64,000 bases of DNA from Paramoeba atlantica (lineage: Eukaryota; Protista; Discosea). Position 1 is the first letter of the stretch. Each line of letters starts with the position of its first letter. The position numbers and the translations under genes are program-made. Under the pieces are notes generated by a model. The model did not search any database. It worked only from the letters and a program-made list of their open reading frames with translations, and had not been told where the DNA came from. Below are positions 1 through 10,355 of this stretch, piece after piece. Where the stretch lies: the NCBI GenBank assembly GCA_977017575.1, contig CDRNVI010000006.1, forward strand, positions 216,444 to 280,443, read 5' to 3'.

Positions 1-2
1 CA

Positions 3-300
3 AAGGAATCTCGATGTGTTGGGCTATCAAGCCCATGTCATCAACTGACGCCACCGCATTCAAGCGGTGGCTTCAAGGGAAAGTTTGGTCACTTATCCAT
101 AACAGCGCAAAAGCTTATTTCTTTGGTTGCATCTGAAGCAAGCTGCGAGCGGCTGTTCAGTTCTGTGGGGTTCGTGTACGAAGATCTGCGAAGTCGCATG
201 TCACCGGAATTAGTTGCTGTAGAAACCTCGATTCGATGCAGTTTGCTTTCTCGCAACAGTGACTGTAGGGATCCCCCAGTAGGCTTGGAAAATGAATATT
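3..300 (+). mobile_element. hAT transposase C-terminal dimerisation-domain remnant (runs off the window start)
   Basis: Frame 3 reads FGHLSITAQKLISLVASEASCERLFSSVGFVYEDLRSRMSPE, matching the hAT dimerisation motif (A/S-S-A-x-C-E-R-x-F-S ... R-x-R-L-x-P-E). Confidence 0.75.
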
Positions 301-372
301 AGAGGGGGGGCGGCCGGTCGGTGGTGATAGGCAGAATATGGCAGAATACGGCAGAATATGGCAAAAATCAGG
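300..372. mobile_element. hAT-type terminus with GGCAGAAT subterminal repeats
   Basis: TAGAGGGGGGGC followed by three GGCAGAAT; homologous ends at ~32506 and, inverted, at 36217-36263. Confidence 0.5.
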
Positions 373-374
373 TA

Positions 375-495
375 TATAAACCCCTCCGCATCAAAAAGGC
401 ACCCACCCTTATTTTTCGCACGAGGGGGGCTAGGGGGGTTATCGCACCACTTTATCGTGCAAAAATTTGAGATCTGTACGTTCCCGTTGTTTATT
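375..495 (+). mobile_element. Solo 5' end of the Tc1/IS630-like DD35E family
   Basis: Aligns with the reverse complement of 11590-11697 (shared AAAATTTGAGATCTGTACGTTCCCG) and with 9110-9170. Confidence 0.6.
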
Positions 496-699
496 AATAA
501 AAATCAGGTATATATTAATAAAAAAAATCCGCACCGCTCCGCGGCGCCTTGGTTTATTGCTTTTGCTAATGTTATTAAAACAGAAATCGGGGATTCATCA
601 CTGTAGACAAAGTTTAATAATAATCGTAACACTTCCAAAAAGTCAAGATTTACTTTTACACTGATCTTACTAGCTTAGTCCTCGGGGAAATTAACAAAC

Positions 700-1350
700 T
701 TAATCTTTCTGACTTTTGTCTTCCTGCACGATGCGTGGTGGTGCCCGAGGACCTATGGGTCGTCCCCTTTTCTTCGGGAACATTCCATTAATGACAATAG
801 GGGGCTGTATCGGCACTTTTACATTGATGGGTGGAGGGGGACGGACAATTTGGAGAGGATCCTGGGTGTCATCTGCCAAGTTGGAAGAAGGGGATGGAAC
901 ACTCACAGGAATAATCGACAATGTTTCGCTTTCTTGTGGCGTGTTCATCTGTGAACGGCGACTCACTCGGATGTTCTGGCCTGCGAGGTAGGCCCAAAAA
1001 CGACCAGCGAATGCCTTGCATTCAGCTTCAGGATCAGACGAATTGAATTCGTCATGTGAGGCAACAACAGAACGAAGTTCCAGGCCGGCTTCGCAAATAA
1101 AGCCGTCTCGTACGTGCTCCGCACCCAGCCACCCACCACGATATGTGATGAGATTAATGATCAATTGCACGACCCCTGTGGCAAGAAGCGGAACATCACA
1201 TACCAACACATCGTCGTAGAACGCAACCGCGCTCAGACAACGATTTAAAACGCGATCAATTGCTTCCGGGTCACCTTGAAGAAGAGTGATATTTCCGCGA
1301 ACAAAGCGATACTGTTTCAATGGCTTTTGTATCGCTGCCTTCCATTGCAT
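700..1350 (-). CDS. Hypothetical protein (216 aa) with Pro-rich tail and AT-hook-like motif
   Basis: ATG-started ORF; KKRGRPIG near the C-terminus; antisense to the main gene unit. Confidence 0.45.
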   Translation of the reverse strand: MQWKAAIQKPLKQYRFVRGNITLLQGDPEAIDRVLNRCLSAVAFYDDVLVCDVPLLATGVVQLIINLITYRGGWLGAEHVRDGFICEAGLELRSVVASHDEFNSSDPEAECKAFAGRFWAYLAGQNIRVSRRSQMNTPQESETLSIIPVSVPSPSSNLADDTQDPLQIVRPPPPINVKVPIQPPIVINGMFPKKRGRPIGPRAPPRIVQEDKSQKD

Positions 1351-1831
1351 GATGTACTTCTAAAAGACCAAGCTTGGTCTGAATTTCCTCTGATACGGTT
1401 TGTACAGAGACGTCAGACATATTCGTACGAAAGAAAGTGAAAAGAAGGAATGGATTCTTGGAAAATAGAGGAATAAGGCTCGTTGAAGAACAACTGGCTT
1501 TGGAAATAATATGGACTGGTCAATCTTTATTATTTAATCATAGGCTTACTATCGATCCCGTCCTGGCGACTTCGCTCGTTTTTTCGACTTTTTGGTTGAG
1601 GGGACAGGAAATTTCCTTAGCGCTTCCCGATACTGCGCTCTAATTAGCTCGCAATTTAATTATTATAAATTTATAATAATTTATAAATTTATAATTTATA
1701 AATAATTTATATTTACTTACTACATTTCGAATATTATATATTAAGGCTAAATTTAGCTATAATGCAATATCAAGAGAAATTGTTTTAAGTAGCGTAAAAA
1801 AGTTATTTTTTTAGGTTGCTTTTCGCGTGTT

Positions 1832-2335
1832 ATGCCCTCCGTTCCCCCATTGCGATATCGGTATCGATGGCACACTCTTTGTAGAAGTGTGCAAGAACCC
1901 TTCGTACACCCCCACCGCCCCAAACCAGCCGAAGAAAAAACTCCCTATTCGTATCAGCCCTTCTTGCGTTCGCGTCATGTTGCAGACATAGAAACCATAG
2001 AGATTCGCGGTATGTATAAAGAGGAAATTCGCATCGAAAGAGGCAAATTCCCTACCTATAATAAGGTGTGGTGGATTCATACAGATGGATCGTTAAGTCT
2101 GAGGGAAGTTGAATACAACGCTCCGTCTTTTATAACACTTTTTCGTGATGGAGCTTACACACACCGAGAGCGTCGTGAAAACCTGGCGCGCAGAAAAGGG
2201 CGAAGCGCTTATAAAAGTTGGGAGCATAATTCTGCGAGTCGCCTCGAGACTTCTTCTATACCAATGGTAGATATGAATGAGTTTCCTTACTGCGTTCCTA
2301 GCCACCACCTCAGAGAAGCGATAGAACAAGAATAA
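1832..2335 (+). CDS. Hypothetical protein (167 aa), basic N-terminus, possibly mitochondrial
   Basis: ATG ORF co-oriented with the unit; Arg/aromatic-rich start; no family recognised. Confidence 0.6.
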   Translation: MPSVPPLRYRYRWHTLCRSVQEPFVHPHRPKPAEEKTPYSYQPFLRSRHVADIETIEIRGMYKEEIRIERGKFPTYNKVWWIHTDGSLSLREVEYNAPSFITLFRDGAYTHRERRENLARRKGRSAYKSWEHNSASRLETSSIPMVDMNEFPYCVPSHHLREAIEQE

Positions 2336-2863
2336 TATCCCATAAAATTCGAAACAATATTCGCTGAAAAAAGAATAAGGGAGCTACTTCTTGAGTTACA
2401 GGATCGTGCTGAGTAGCTTACATTCCTGCTAAAGAAATTGCGTATCCTCGTACATTTCGGGGGTATATTCGCATCACACACACAGACATGTAATTTCTTT
2501 GATTTATCAGTGTCGTTCGACCAAAACTCCAGGTGTTCGTCACTCCGACAAGACAGAAAATTGCGTCTGAATAAAAACGAACTTTCCTTGCGCAACCTGT
2601 TAGATTCTTTCGATTCGAATCGAAATTGTTTAACTTGATATACACTTGTATATTCCGGCCATATTTATTACAGGCCATATTAAGAATTAAGGATTTTTGT
2701 TTTTGAACATCGATTGGTTCTTGGAATTTCTGTGTTCATTGTAAAATTCATAGTAAGTTTCTTAATAATGTCGGTGGGTTACAACCCCGACATCGGATGC
2801 TAATAGCCTAATACCAAGTATTATAAAGAAGAAGACTGAATAACCAAGCATATCGAGTCATAA

Positions 2864-4078
2864 ATGAGGAATATGAACGAAGTTCAAGAAGAAAACCTAC
2901 TGGCTTATGTGCGAAAAAATTTCCCGCAAAAAATATGGAGTTATTACGAAAAGGAGTTTGGAAAAGTTGAATGGCTAACTATCCTAAGGTCTTTTTGCTT
3001 TTCGTCTAGAAAGGTCGCAGTTTTCAACAAACATTGGCAGGCGTACACCGATGATCCTTTTCAAACGTTGTGTGATTCAATACAAGCAACTTTGCTACCC
3101 ATTACAATATGTGACTCGTTTGATGCGGAACTACGCTTCAGCGTTACAGAAGGCACAGGGTTTCCAGCTCCTCATAGTTCCCTAATCACTATTCTTGCAC
3201 GTGAAGGTGACTACATTGATACATTGGATTTTTTCGGGTTTTACGCACAACATAATTCGAAGTTTTTAAGGGAGTTGTCTTCCCCCGAAAAAGAACTTAT
3301 TCCTTCTCCTTGCTGCGACAACTCTCAGACACCTGCATATTACCTTATGGACCCAAGTTCCCTTGCTCCTATTCTTGCTTTGGGGATAGAGCCGCATTAT
3401 GATGTATTGGATATGTGCGCGGCACCTGGAGGAAAATCATTAGCAATATGTCAGAAGCTTGATTCACGTGGAAGCCTGACGGCAAACGAATATGATCCTA
3501 TTAGGTGTCAACGACTTAAGAGGACGATTAATGCTCATATAAACCATCCTATGCGTGAAAAAGTTTTGATTACATGCCGAGATGCATCAAGATGGCAAGC
3601 TGCGAGTAAATACGACCGTATTCTTCTCGATGTGCCTTGTTCTTTCGAACGTCATCTTATTCGACAACTCTTAGGGGAGAAGAATACTTTAAATATTAAA
3701 AAATTGATTCAAAAATGGGCCATGAAGTGGGACATTCTTCCAAGAACACAATATAGCATTCTCTTCCGAGCTTTACAGTGTCTTCGACCGGGTGGTAGAC
3801 TAGTATACAGTACTTGTTCTGTTTCGACAAAGGAAAATGATGACGTTATAAAAAGGTTCTTAAGAGTCTCTTCTTCTTTTGACGTTCGAGTTCTCACTGG
3901 TAAAGAAGGAAAACTCGTGAAAAACGAAGATGAACACGAATCTTTTTGTTTTGCTGAGGCATTCAACACAAATACAACTGAGCTAACAGAATATGGAGTG
4001 GTCTTTTTCCCTCATCAGAATGCACTTAATTGTGGGCCAATGTATATTTCAGTAATCGAACTATTGCCGTGCCAGTAA
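2864..4078 (+). CDS. NOL1/NOP2/Sun family RNA m5C methyltransferase (NSUN4/NSUN3-like)
   Basis: YYLMDPSS, VLDMCAAPGGKS, DRILLDVPCS, LRPGGRLVYSTCS motifs; both catalytic Cys motifs (PC, TC) present. Confidence 0.93.
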   Translation: MRNMNEVQEENLLAYVRKNFPQKIWSYYEKEFGKVEWLTILRSFCFSSRKVAVFNKHWQAYTDDPFQTLCDSIQATLLPITICDSFDAELRFSVTEGTGFPAPHSSLITILAREGDYIDTLDFFGFYAQHNSKFLRELSSPEKELIPSPCCDNSQTPAYYLMDPSSLAPILALGIEPHYDVLDMCAAPGGKSLAICQKLDSRGSLTANEYDPIRCQRLKRTINAHINHPMREKVLITCRDASRWQAASKYDRILLDVPCSFERHLIRQLLGEKNTLNIKKLIQKWAMKWDILPRTQYSILFRALQCLRPGGRLVYSTCSVSTKENDDVIKRFLRVSSSFDVRVLTGKEGKLVKNEDEHESFCFAEAFNTNTTELTEYGVVFFPHQNALNCGPMYISVIELLPCQ

Positions 4079-4179
4079 TTTTTTTATAGCCACTCGCTGG
4101 ACTTAATTTCGAGTAGTAACTTAGTTGCTACTAAGTAGTTACTAGCTTAACTCGTAACTACTAGTTCGTAGTTAATATA

Positions 4180-4740
4180 CAGGGGGGATCGGTTAAATCT
4201 GGGGGGTCTAAAATTTGTAAATGTAAGTGGACAATTTTGGAAAATAATAGCGCATTTGAGAGCTCTCGAATAGCCCTACTGTGGAATCTATGTCGTTTCG
4301 CGCATAAATAACATTTTTGTAAAATGAAAGGTGGCTCAAAAACGTCAATTGCAATTTTTTTTAGAAAATTGCAAAAGGTGAAATGACAAATCTTGAACCA
4401 ACAACATTCTCTGCGTTAGTTTTGTTTTATCTGAGGGTGAGAAAAGGCTTTCCGAGAATTTCCTTCGAGAAGAATGTGAATGCACACGTCTTTGTGGCAT
4501 GAATGCTCCAAAAAAGGGAGAAAAACAGGAAAAAGAGTAAGAAAATGAGAAAAAATACAAATTTTGCGCCCCGAAAAAACGTAGTTTTCATCTAAAAGCC
4601 GATGTGCGTAAAAGCACGGGAAACGGCATAGATTCCATAAGAGGGCTATGCGAGAGCTCCCGAATGCGGTATTAATTTCCAAAATTGGCCACTTTTTACA
4701 ATTTTAAGATCCCCCCAGATTTACTAGCTGATGCCCCCTG
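4180..4740. mobile_element. Tc1/mariner-type MITE (561 bp)
   Basis: TA|CAGGGGGGATC...GATGCCCCCTG|TA; ~90-bp imperfect TIRs; related left ends at ~7408 and 30920. Confidence 0.8.
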
Positions 4741-4776
4741 TAGTGTAGCTGATGCCCTCTGTATTAGCAGCTAATC

Positions 4777-4980
4777 GCGGTGGTTGTATAACTACCGCTC
4801 TTCCCTGGATTAGTGAAAAAAGTGAACAAAAAACAGTGAAAATATAAGAGGAACACAGTAATAAAATTTATAATATATAAGACGAAAAAATATATAAGGG
4901 GGCTCCGGTGGTCCAAAATTGAAAAAAAGAATTGAAAAAAATGGGGGGTCCATGGGGGGGGTTCAGGAGGGGGGGCATAC
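4777..4980 (+). repeat. Diverged 5' fragment of the ~905-bp dispersed element
   Basis: GCGGTGGTTGTATAACTACCGC start and ...GGGGGCTCCGGTGGTCCAAAA match 38329 onward; a shorter relic lies at ~42105-42170. Confidence 0.75.
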
Positions 4981-5120
4981 GTCCAAAAATAGAACCTGAC
5001 CTAACCGCGGGGTTAGGGGGTACACCTGTGTAGGTTATGGGGGGGGGGTAGACTTTCGGTGGGCCTAGGGCAAAAAAAAGGAAACTAAAATGGTTTGGGG
5101 TAAACCTTGTCCCCCCCAGC

Positions 5121-5330
5121 AGTAGAGAGGCTGCGGGTGCTGTGTCAGCACGGTTTCGGTACGGTTTCGCACGGTTTCGACGCAGTTTCGTGCGGTTTCG
5201 CCGCGGTTTCGCGCGGTTTCGGAGAGATCCGAACGCCTTCTCTACATAAAGGTGGGATGTATCGGTGCGGCCTCAGTGCGGTCTCGTTTGGTGTGGTGCG
5301 GCCTCAGTGCGGTCTCGGCCAATCTTCCTT
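5121..5330. repeat. Short CGGTTTCG tandem array (about 7 units) plus duplicated GTGCGGCCTCAGTGCGGTCTCG; probable transposon subterminal region
   Basis: Repeats read directly; preceded by TAGAGAGG, a hAT-like start. Confidence 0.5.
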
Positions 5331-5593
5331 GCGTCATATTTCAACAATTGCGTAGAAAAAATCTGAGTTAAGATTGTATTGGATCAAAGGATAATCAAAA
5401 GCAAATATGTGTGCATTTTTTATGTTCTAACCAAGATTCATACTTTTTTTTATGAAATATTGGTAGTGCGGTAATCTAGAAAACGTGAACATTATGACTT
5501 GGCGCACCTACCCGTTTTTTTAGGGTCGTACGCCACGTTATGGATATGCTCCTTAAGCCAGTCTCTGCGGGCTTTTGTACACTCAACCATACC

Positions 5594-6798
5594 TCACCCT
5601 TTACTACACAAACACTCATCCTCATCACTTTTGGGTTTTAAACTTGAATATATCATAGAATCAAAATCATACTGCGGCTTGTTAGCCAGCAGACCGTACG
5701 TTACTACAGATACAATTTGAAGGGCGTCTCGGACCCAAGGAATATCATGGTCAGTACCATGAAAAAAACGAAACCTGTCAAAATGAGCAAAACATCGCTC
5801 AATTCGAGACCGAATCAATGAAATTCTTTGGTTAAGCTGCTTTTGCGATTTGGTCAGACCACGGCCAATTTTTTTTATAGGGTACAAGGCAGTGTGCACA
5901 ACCAATGTACCCTAAATCAGCCAAAAAAAGTTCATCCTTGTGGTGATCAAATACAGGAGTACGATGCACACTCGTACTTTGGTACCCACGTCGGAAGGAC
6001 CGACGTAGTGGACACGTCCAAATCTTCGGTTTGTCCACCCGAAAAGACGCTTGAAGCGCTTGTATATGCGTTCCTTCGTCTCATCGTCAAAGCCTTGAAA
6101 CTGTATTCAGTATGTTTCCATAACGGAAAAGACAAATGCCTTCGTTACAGCATGTTTACCATCGATTTCTTGGAGCAATTTAAAGTGCACTTTCCTTAAA
6201 ATTGCCTTCCACTCTTTGTTAAAGCCTCTCTGGCGCTTTCTTCCCTTGAGACCACGATTAATTCGTGATTGATAAAAAGAGGCACCGTTTCTTTTAATAC
6301 TTCGGACAGTTCTTAAACTGATCCGATACTTTTCGCTCAGCTTTTTTGTGTCCAATTCGCTCAGACACATATTCAACTTCTCTTGCATAGTCAAGCACAC
6401 TCTAGAGGTCCTAGGTGTGCTGATGGGAAGAGAGTCAAATGTGTTGGGGGGAGGACGGCTGGCCACCGGGGGACCAATTCTCGGCGCTGGCGGAATAACC
6501 GTAAACCAGCGTCCCAAAGGACCCGAAATCGCCGACCCACGAGTGTGCACTTTGTCTGGCGTCTCGCTCTCGGGAGAATCGACAGTCTTTGAAAGGACGA
6601 AGGGAACTAATAATAAAGTTTCAGTGATTTCCATAAATGAAAATATTAGAAATTTACACCATATTTACTCAACCTTTTCGGTCAAAAGAATATTGGTCAT
6701 TTTTTTTTTTCGGACATTGTTTTTCAAAACGGCACTATAAGTGGGGGAGTACCCCGCGGCACTATACGTAAGTTACTATATGTAAGTGGGGGGCACAG
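5594..6798 (-). mobile_element. Degenerate transposon: pogo/CENP-B-type double HTH joined to an ISL2EU/Harbinger DDE_Tnp_4 C-terminus
   Basis: RVCLTMQEKLN...LSEKYRISLRTVRSIKRN...RKRQR; after an in-frame TGA (6107-6109), KRFKRLFGWTNRR. Then LFLADLGYIG...PYKK and, frameshifted, LTKSQKQLNQRISLIRSRIERCF. Terminus GGGGGCACAG|TA at 6798. Confidence 0.7.
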
Positions 6799-6823
6799 TA
6801 TTCCACTTTACACCACGTTTTGT

Positions 6824-6900
6824 ATGATGATACAGCAGTAGCACTGCTTTTATGGCGCCTCTTGTCCGAGACTATGCTCAATGAGACTTTAAACATTATA
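6824..6900 (+). ncRNA. C/D snoRNA copy, truncated (no box D)
   Basis: Box C ATGATGA, guide TGGCGCCTCTTGT, D' CCGA, C' ATGAGA; terminal CTGA missing. Confidence 0.55.
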
Positions 6901-7572
6901 CTCCCCCTCTCATTAATTTTAATAAATGGATTCCGAGTTATAAAAATTCGTTTTATGCGCTCTCATTAATTTTTATAAATCAATAAACGAATTCAACTAT
7001 ACTTTTTAAATTATGTTTCGAAGCAAACAAAAATGACTCTTTTGTTCTACTGAAAATGGATTACTTCATGGGCGTCCTTCACAGCAGTTTCTTTCAGAGA
7101 AGAGAAAGTGGTTGGTTTCTATGGTGGAGAATAATGGTAAGAAAATTACGATAAAGATATCGCTTTTGTAAAAAGCAACTTTCTCTAAAGTTGGATGCAA
7201 ACTCGATGTGGAGAAGTAAGGTCAGAACCTCCTCATTATCTTCCCTGGAATTGCCATCTCACTGATGGTACTAACGCCGATCAACTACCATTTTCTGGGT
7301 AGGGGGGGCCTTAGATGAAAATTCATCGAAAGTTACATTGCACGGATGAGAAAAAGCTTGTCTGAGTTCTTAATTTTTTTAGTTAATTCGAGTTTCCACT
7401 CTAGTATACAGGGGGGATCACCAATATCGGGACACCTCCCATTTTTGTGCCATGTGTCCGTTTCACCTGATTTTTGTTGCAAAAGAGAGATCTCGACGCG
7501 AATATGATCGGAACGACATTTTTTTTTTTTTGGGGGGGGGGGGGGGAATTTTCACCCTCGACCTGAAACATA

Positions 7573-7636
7573 CTACCCCCCCCACTTATAGTGCCGTTTG
7601 GTCGAAAACCGCGGCACTATAAGTGGTGAGACACAG
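7573..7636. mobile_element. Mini-MITE (64 bp)
   Basis: Perfect 15-bp inverted repeat CCACTTATAGTGCCG/CGGCACTATAAGTGG, TA on both sides; the right half recurs at ~6730-6798. Confidence 0.6.
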
Positions 7637-7669
7637 TAATAAAGTCATCCGATTTACAACATGTTTTAC

Positions 7670-7752
7670 ATGATGATACAGCAGTAGCACTGCTCTTATG
7701 ACACCTCTTGTCCGAGACTATGCTCAATGAGACTTTGAACAATATATTCTGA
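7670..7752 (+). ncRNA. C/D box snoRNA, predicted guide for LSU rRNA 2'-O-methyl-G (snR48/SNORD60 target region)
   Basis: ATGATGA ... TGACACCTCTTGT-CCGA ... ATGAGA ... CTGA, 83 nt. The guide is antisense to ACAAGAGGUGUCA, which contains the conserved LSU GAGGUGUCA. Confidence 0.85.
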
Positions 7753-7797
7753 TTCTTATAAAATTAATAAAGTTATCCGATTTGCAACATGTTTTAC

Positions 7798-7880
7798 ATG
7801 ATGATACAGCAGTAGCACTGCTCTTATGACACCTCTTGTCCGAGACTATGCTCAATGAGACTTTGAACAATATATTCTGA
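7798..7880 (+). ncRNA. C/D box snoRNA, tandem copy 2 (128-bp period)
   Basis: Same box C to box D sequence as 7670-7752. Confidence 0.85.
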
Positions 7881-7925
7881 TTCTCATAAAATTAATAAAG
7901 TCATCCGATTTACAACATGTTTTAC

Positions 7926-8008
7926 AGTATGATACAGCAGTAGCACTGCTCTTATGACACCTCTTGTCCGAGACTATGCTCAATGAGACTTTGAACAATA
8001 TATTCTGA
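7926..8008 (+). ncRNA. C/D box snoRNA, tandem copy 3 with degenerate box C
   Basis: Box C reads AGTATGA; the rest matches the other copies. Confidence 0.65.
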
Positions 8009-8251
8009 ATCCTATAAAATTAAACAATATGTTCTGAATCTTATAAAATTAAACAAGGAATGCTTCCTTTCTGTGCCGTGGGTCGTCTTTAACCCTGCAA
8101 TTTCGGTCCAAACCCGGAGCCACATGCCTCCTTGGCAACGTGGAAAGGGGATGGAAGACGCACGTCATAGGGCAATAATAAACAAGCAATCAAGGAGAGG
8201 GGGAAATGCATCCGACGTCGCCTGGCTTGGAGAAAATTTTGGGAGACTATA

Positions 8252-8627
8252 CACCCCCCCTACATACTATACTCCCCTTCGTGATTGTCACCGTCCACTC
8301 CTCCCTACTTATTTGTCAGTTCTGAGGAAAGCTAGTAAATTCACCACAAACAAGCATTTCGAAGCGACGCCGATTCTTTTTTTGCGATTTCGTTCAAAAA
8401 AAAATTACTTTATTGTCCCATTACACAACTGGTAAAGAGATAAAAATATCGTCTCTGTACTGATTTTCAGATCAAAAAATGTTTCCATTTTGATCGCGCC
8501 CAACGACACTAACCTCCCGAGTTGTTTGTCATCCACCGAACCCCCCCTTAGTTATTTGTCACACACCCGACCCCCCTAGTTATTTGTCACTTTTCTCCAA
8601 AAAGGGGTAACATTTAAGTAGGGGGTG
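8252..8627. mobile_element. TA-flanked MITE with CCCCTAGTTATTTGTCAC subterminal repeats
   Basis: TA|CACCCCCCCTAC...GTAGGGGGTG|TA; the same subterminal motif occurs three times at 33384-33490. Confidence 0.65.
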
Positions 8628-8854
8628 TATAGCACATACAGTACATACACCCCCGTATGTATACATATGTAGGTGTGTATACATATGTAGGTCATTACAT
8701 GTACAAAATGTTACAGCGTAAAAAAGCATTTCTAAAAACTTCGTTTACAGTCCGTTTGCCGTCAACGAGGTGGCTGTCATTTAGTTGACCCGTCACACAA
8801 GTAGAGATATAGCCGACAATTATGAGAGTTAATGAAAGGGGTACTACATCTTCC

Positions 8855-8937
8855 ATGATGATTCTGCAGCACAACTGCTTTTATGACACCTCTTGTCCGA
8901 GGGTTTACCCAATGAGACATGAAATGTAGTATTCTGA
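8855..8937 (+). ncRNA. C/D box snoRNA, diverged paralogue
   Basis: Boxes C, D', C', D, the TGACACCTCTTGT guide and a GCAG/CTGC stem are kept while spacers differ; also 83 nt. Confidence 0.85.
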
Positions 8938-9052
8938 GGTAAAGCTATTTTAAATTTCGAGTCAATTGAAGCTTTGAAACATAACGCAATTTGGGGAGAA
9001 ATTGTTACAAAGTAATCGATATTACACAGTCCGACACAGTCGAATTATTATA

Positions 9053-9982
9053 AGCCCCGGTACACGAATAAGTCACCCCCCCCCTATTTTTTTGCATGAA
9101 GGAGCCTAGGGAAGTTATGATGCCACTTTTTCGTTCAGAATTTCGAGATCTACATGTTCCCGCTATTTTTAGCTGCTTTTAAAAAAATGAAAAAAAGCTA
9201 CTTTTCTTGGTCTGACAAGATTTTTTTCTGACAAGAATTTTTTTTCATGGTGAAATCCAGGTACCGTCTTACAAAAGGGGGATAATAATGTTTATCTGAT
9301 GAGAAGATATTTAGTACGAATTATACACATCAAAAGAAGTGAGTTGCCCGAGGAGAAAAGGCCGTCCCCACGCAGAAAAAGCGTTGGGCGCCCAAATGTC
9401 ACGTGTGAGGTGCCATTGGAGTTGGATGGTGTTACCTTGTGGTGCTACTATCCAACATTTCAATCCCAAGTGAAGCTTGTGTAGAAATGTTAAGTAATGC
9501 TCCCTTTCCCCGCAAATTTATTTTTCAGCAAGATGGGGCGGGTGCACACACGACGAAAAGTACGAAAACCTCTTTCTTTACTTCAAAAATTAAATACATA
9601 CCAAATTGGCCGGCAGGTTCTCCTGATCTTAATCCTATTGAGAACGTGTGGGAAATGATTCAGCAACGCGTAAATGAAATGAATCCGTCTTGTACTACCT
9701 CTCTAATTAAGTGCGTAAAGAAGCTTTTAATAATATTCTTGAATCTGAGCTTGACCGTACTGTTTTAAGTTTCGACAGATGCCTGAAATTTTGCAAAAAA
9801 AAATGGTGGCTAAAAAGTAAAAAAGTAGTAATACTAAATTCATATTTTATTGGTTCCCAGATTTATTCTCTATATGATATGCGCAAACAAGCGTCATCGA
9901 GATCTGAAAAATGCAACAAATTAGCCCAAACGGATAAAGTAACCAAATTTTAGAGGGGGGTGACTTATCTTGTCCCGGGGTT
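9053..9982 (+). mobile_element. Internally deleted Tc1/IS630-like element (DD35E C-terminal fragment, ORF 9439-9768)
   Basis: FQQDGAGAHT...WPAGSPDLNPIENVW with 35 residues between D and E; imperfect TIRs AGCCCCGG..ATAAGTCACCCCC; TA flanks. Confidence 0.8.
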
Positions 9983-10355
9983 TATGCCCTGCAGTGGCCA
10001 AAAACGGTCAAAACAAGTTATGTCGCTCTATCTTACTCGTAAATACAGACAAATTCCTAAATAACGTGAAATTTTTCTAGGTAGCACTCTCTGCAGCATG
10101 ACTTCACGAATAAAAAAAATGCAAGAGCTCAGAACCATCATTCGTGTATTCATAAAACATAAATGCACCACTCGTACGGTGAATACCGACCTTCTTATGT
10201 TAAACGGGGGTCCGGTTTAGCATGCCTGTGACCTCGTACCATACGGGGGGGGGGGTATGGTATCGTGACCCAGGGTCGATGGCCTACCCCCCCTTGGTTT
10301 TTCAGGCAGAGAAGGTGTGATGTCGACATCTTCGAGGTGGCCCACGTAGATTATA

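Noticed and set aside
1650-1760. AT-rich simple repeats (also 28555-28585, 39235-39310, 43200-43270)
   Set aside because: Low-complexity sequence with no supportable function.
7640-8025. 128-bp tandem repeat as a CRISPR-like array
   Set aside because: There are no unique spacers and no cas genes; the units are explained as C/D snoRNAs.
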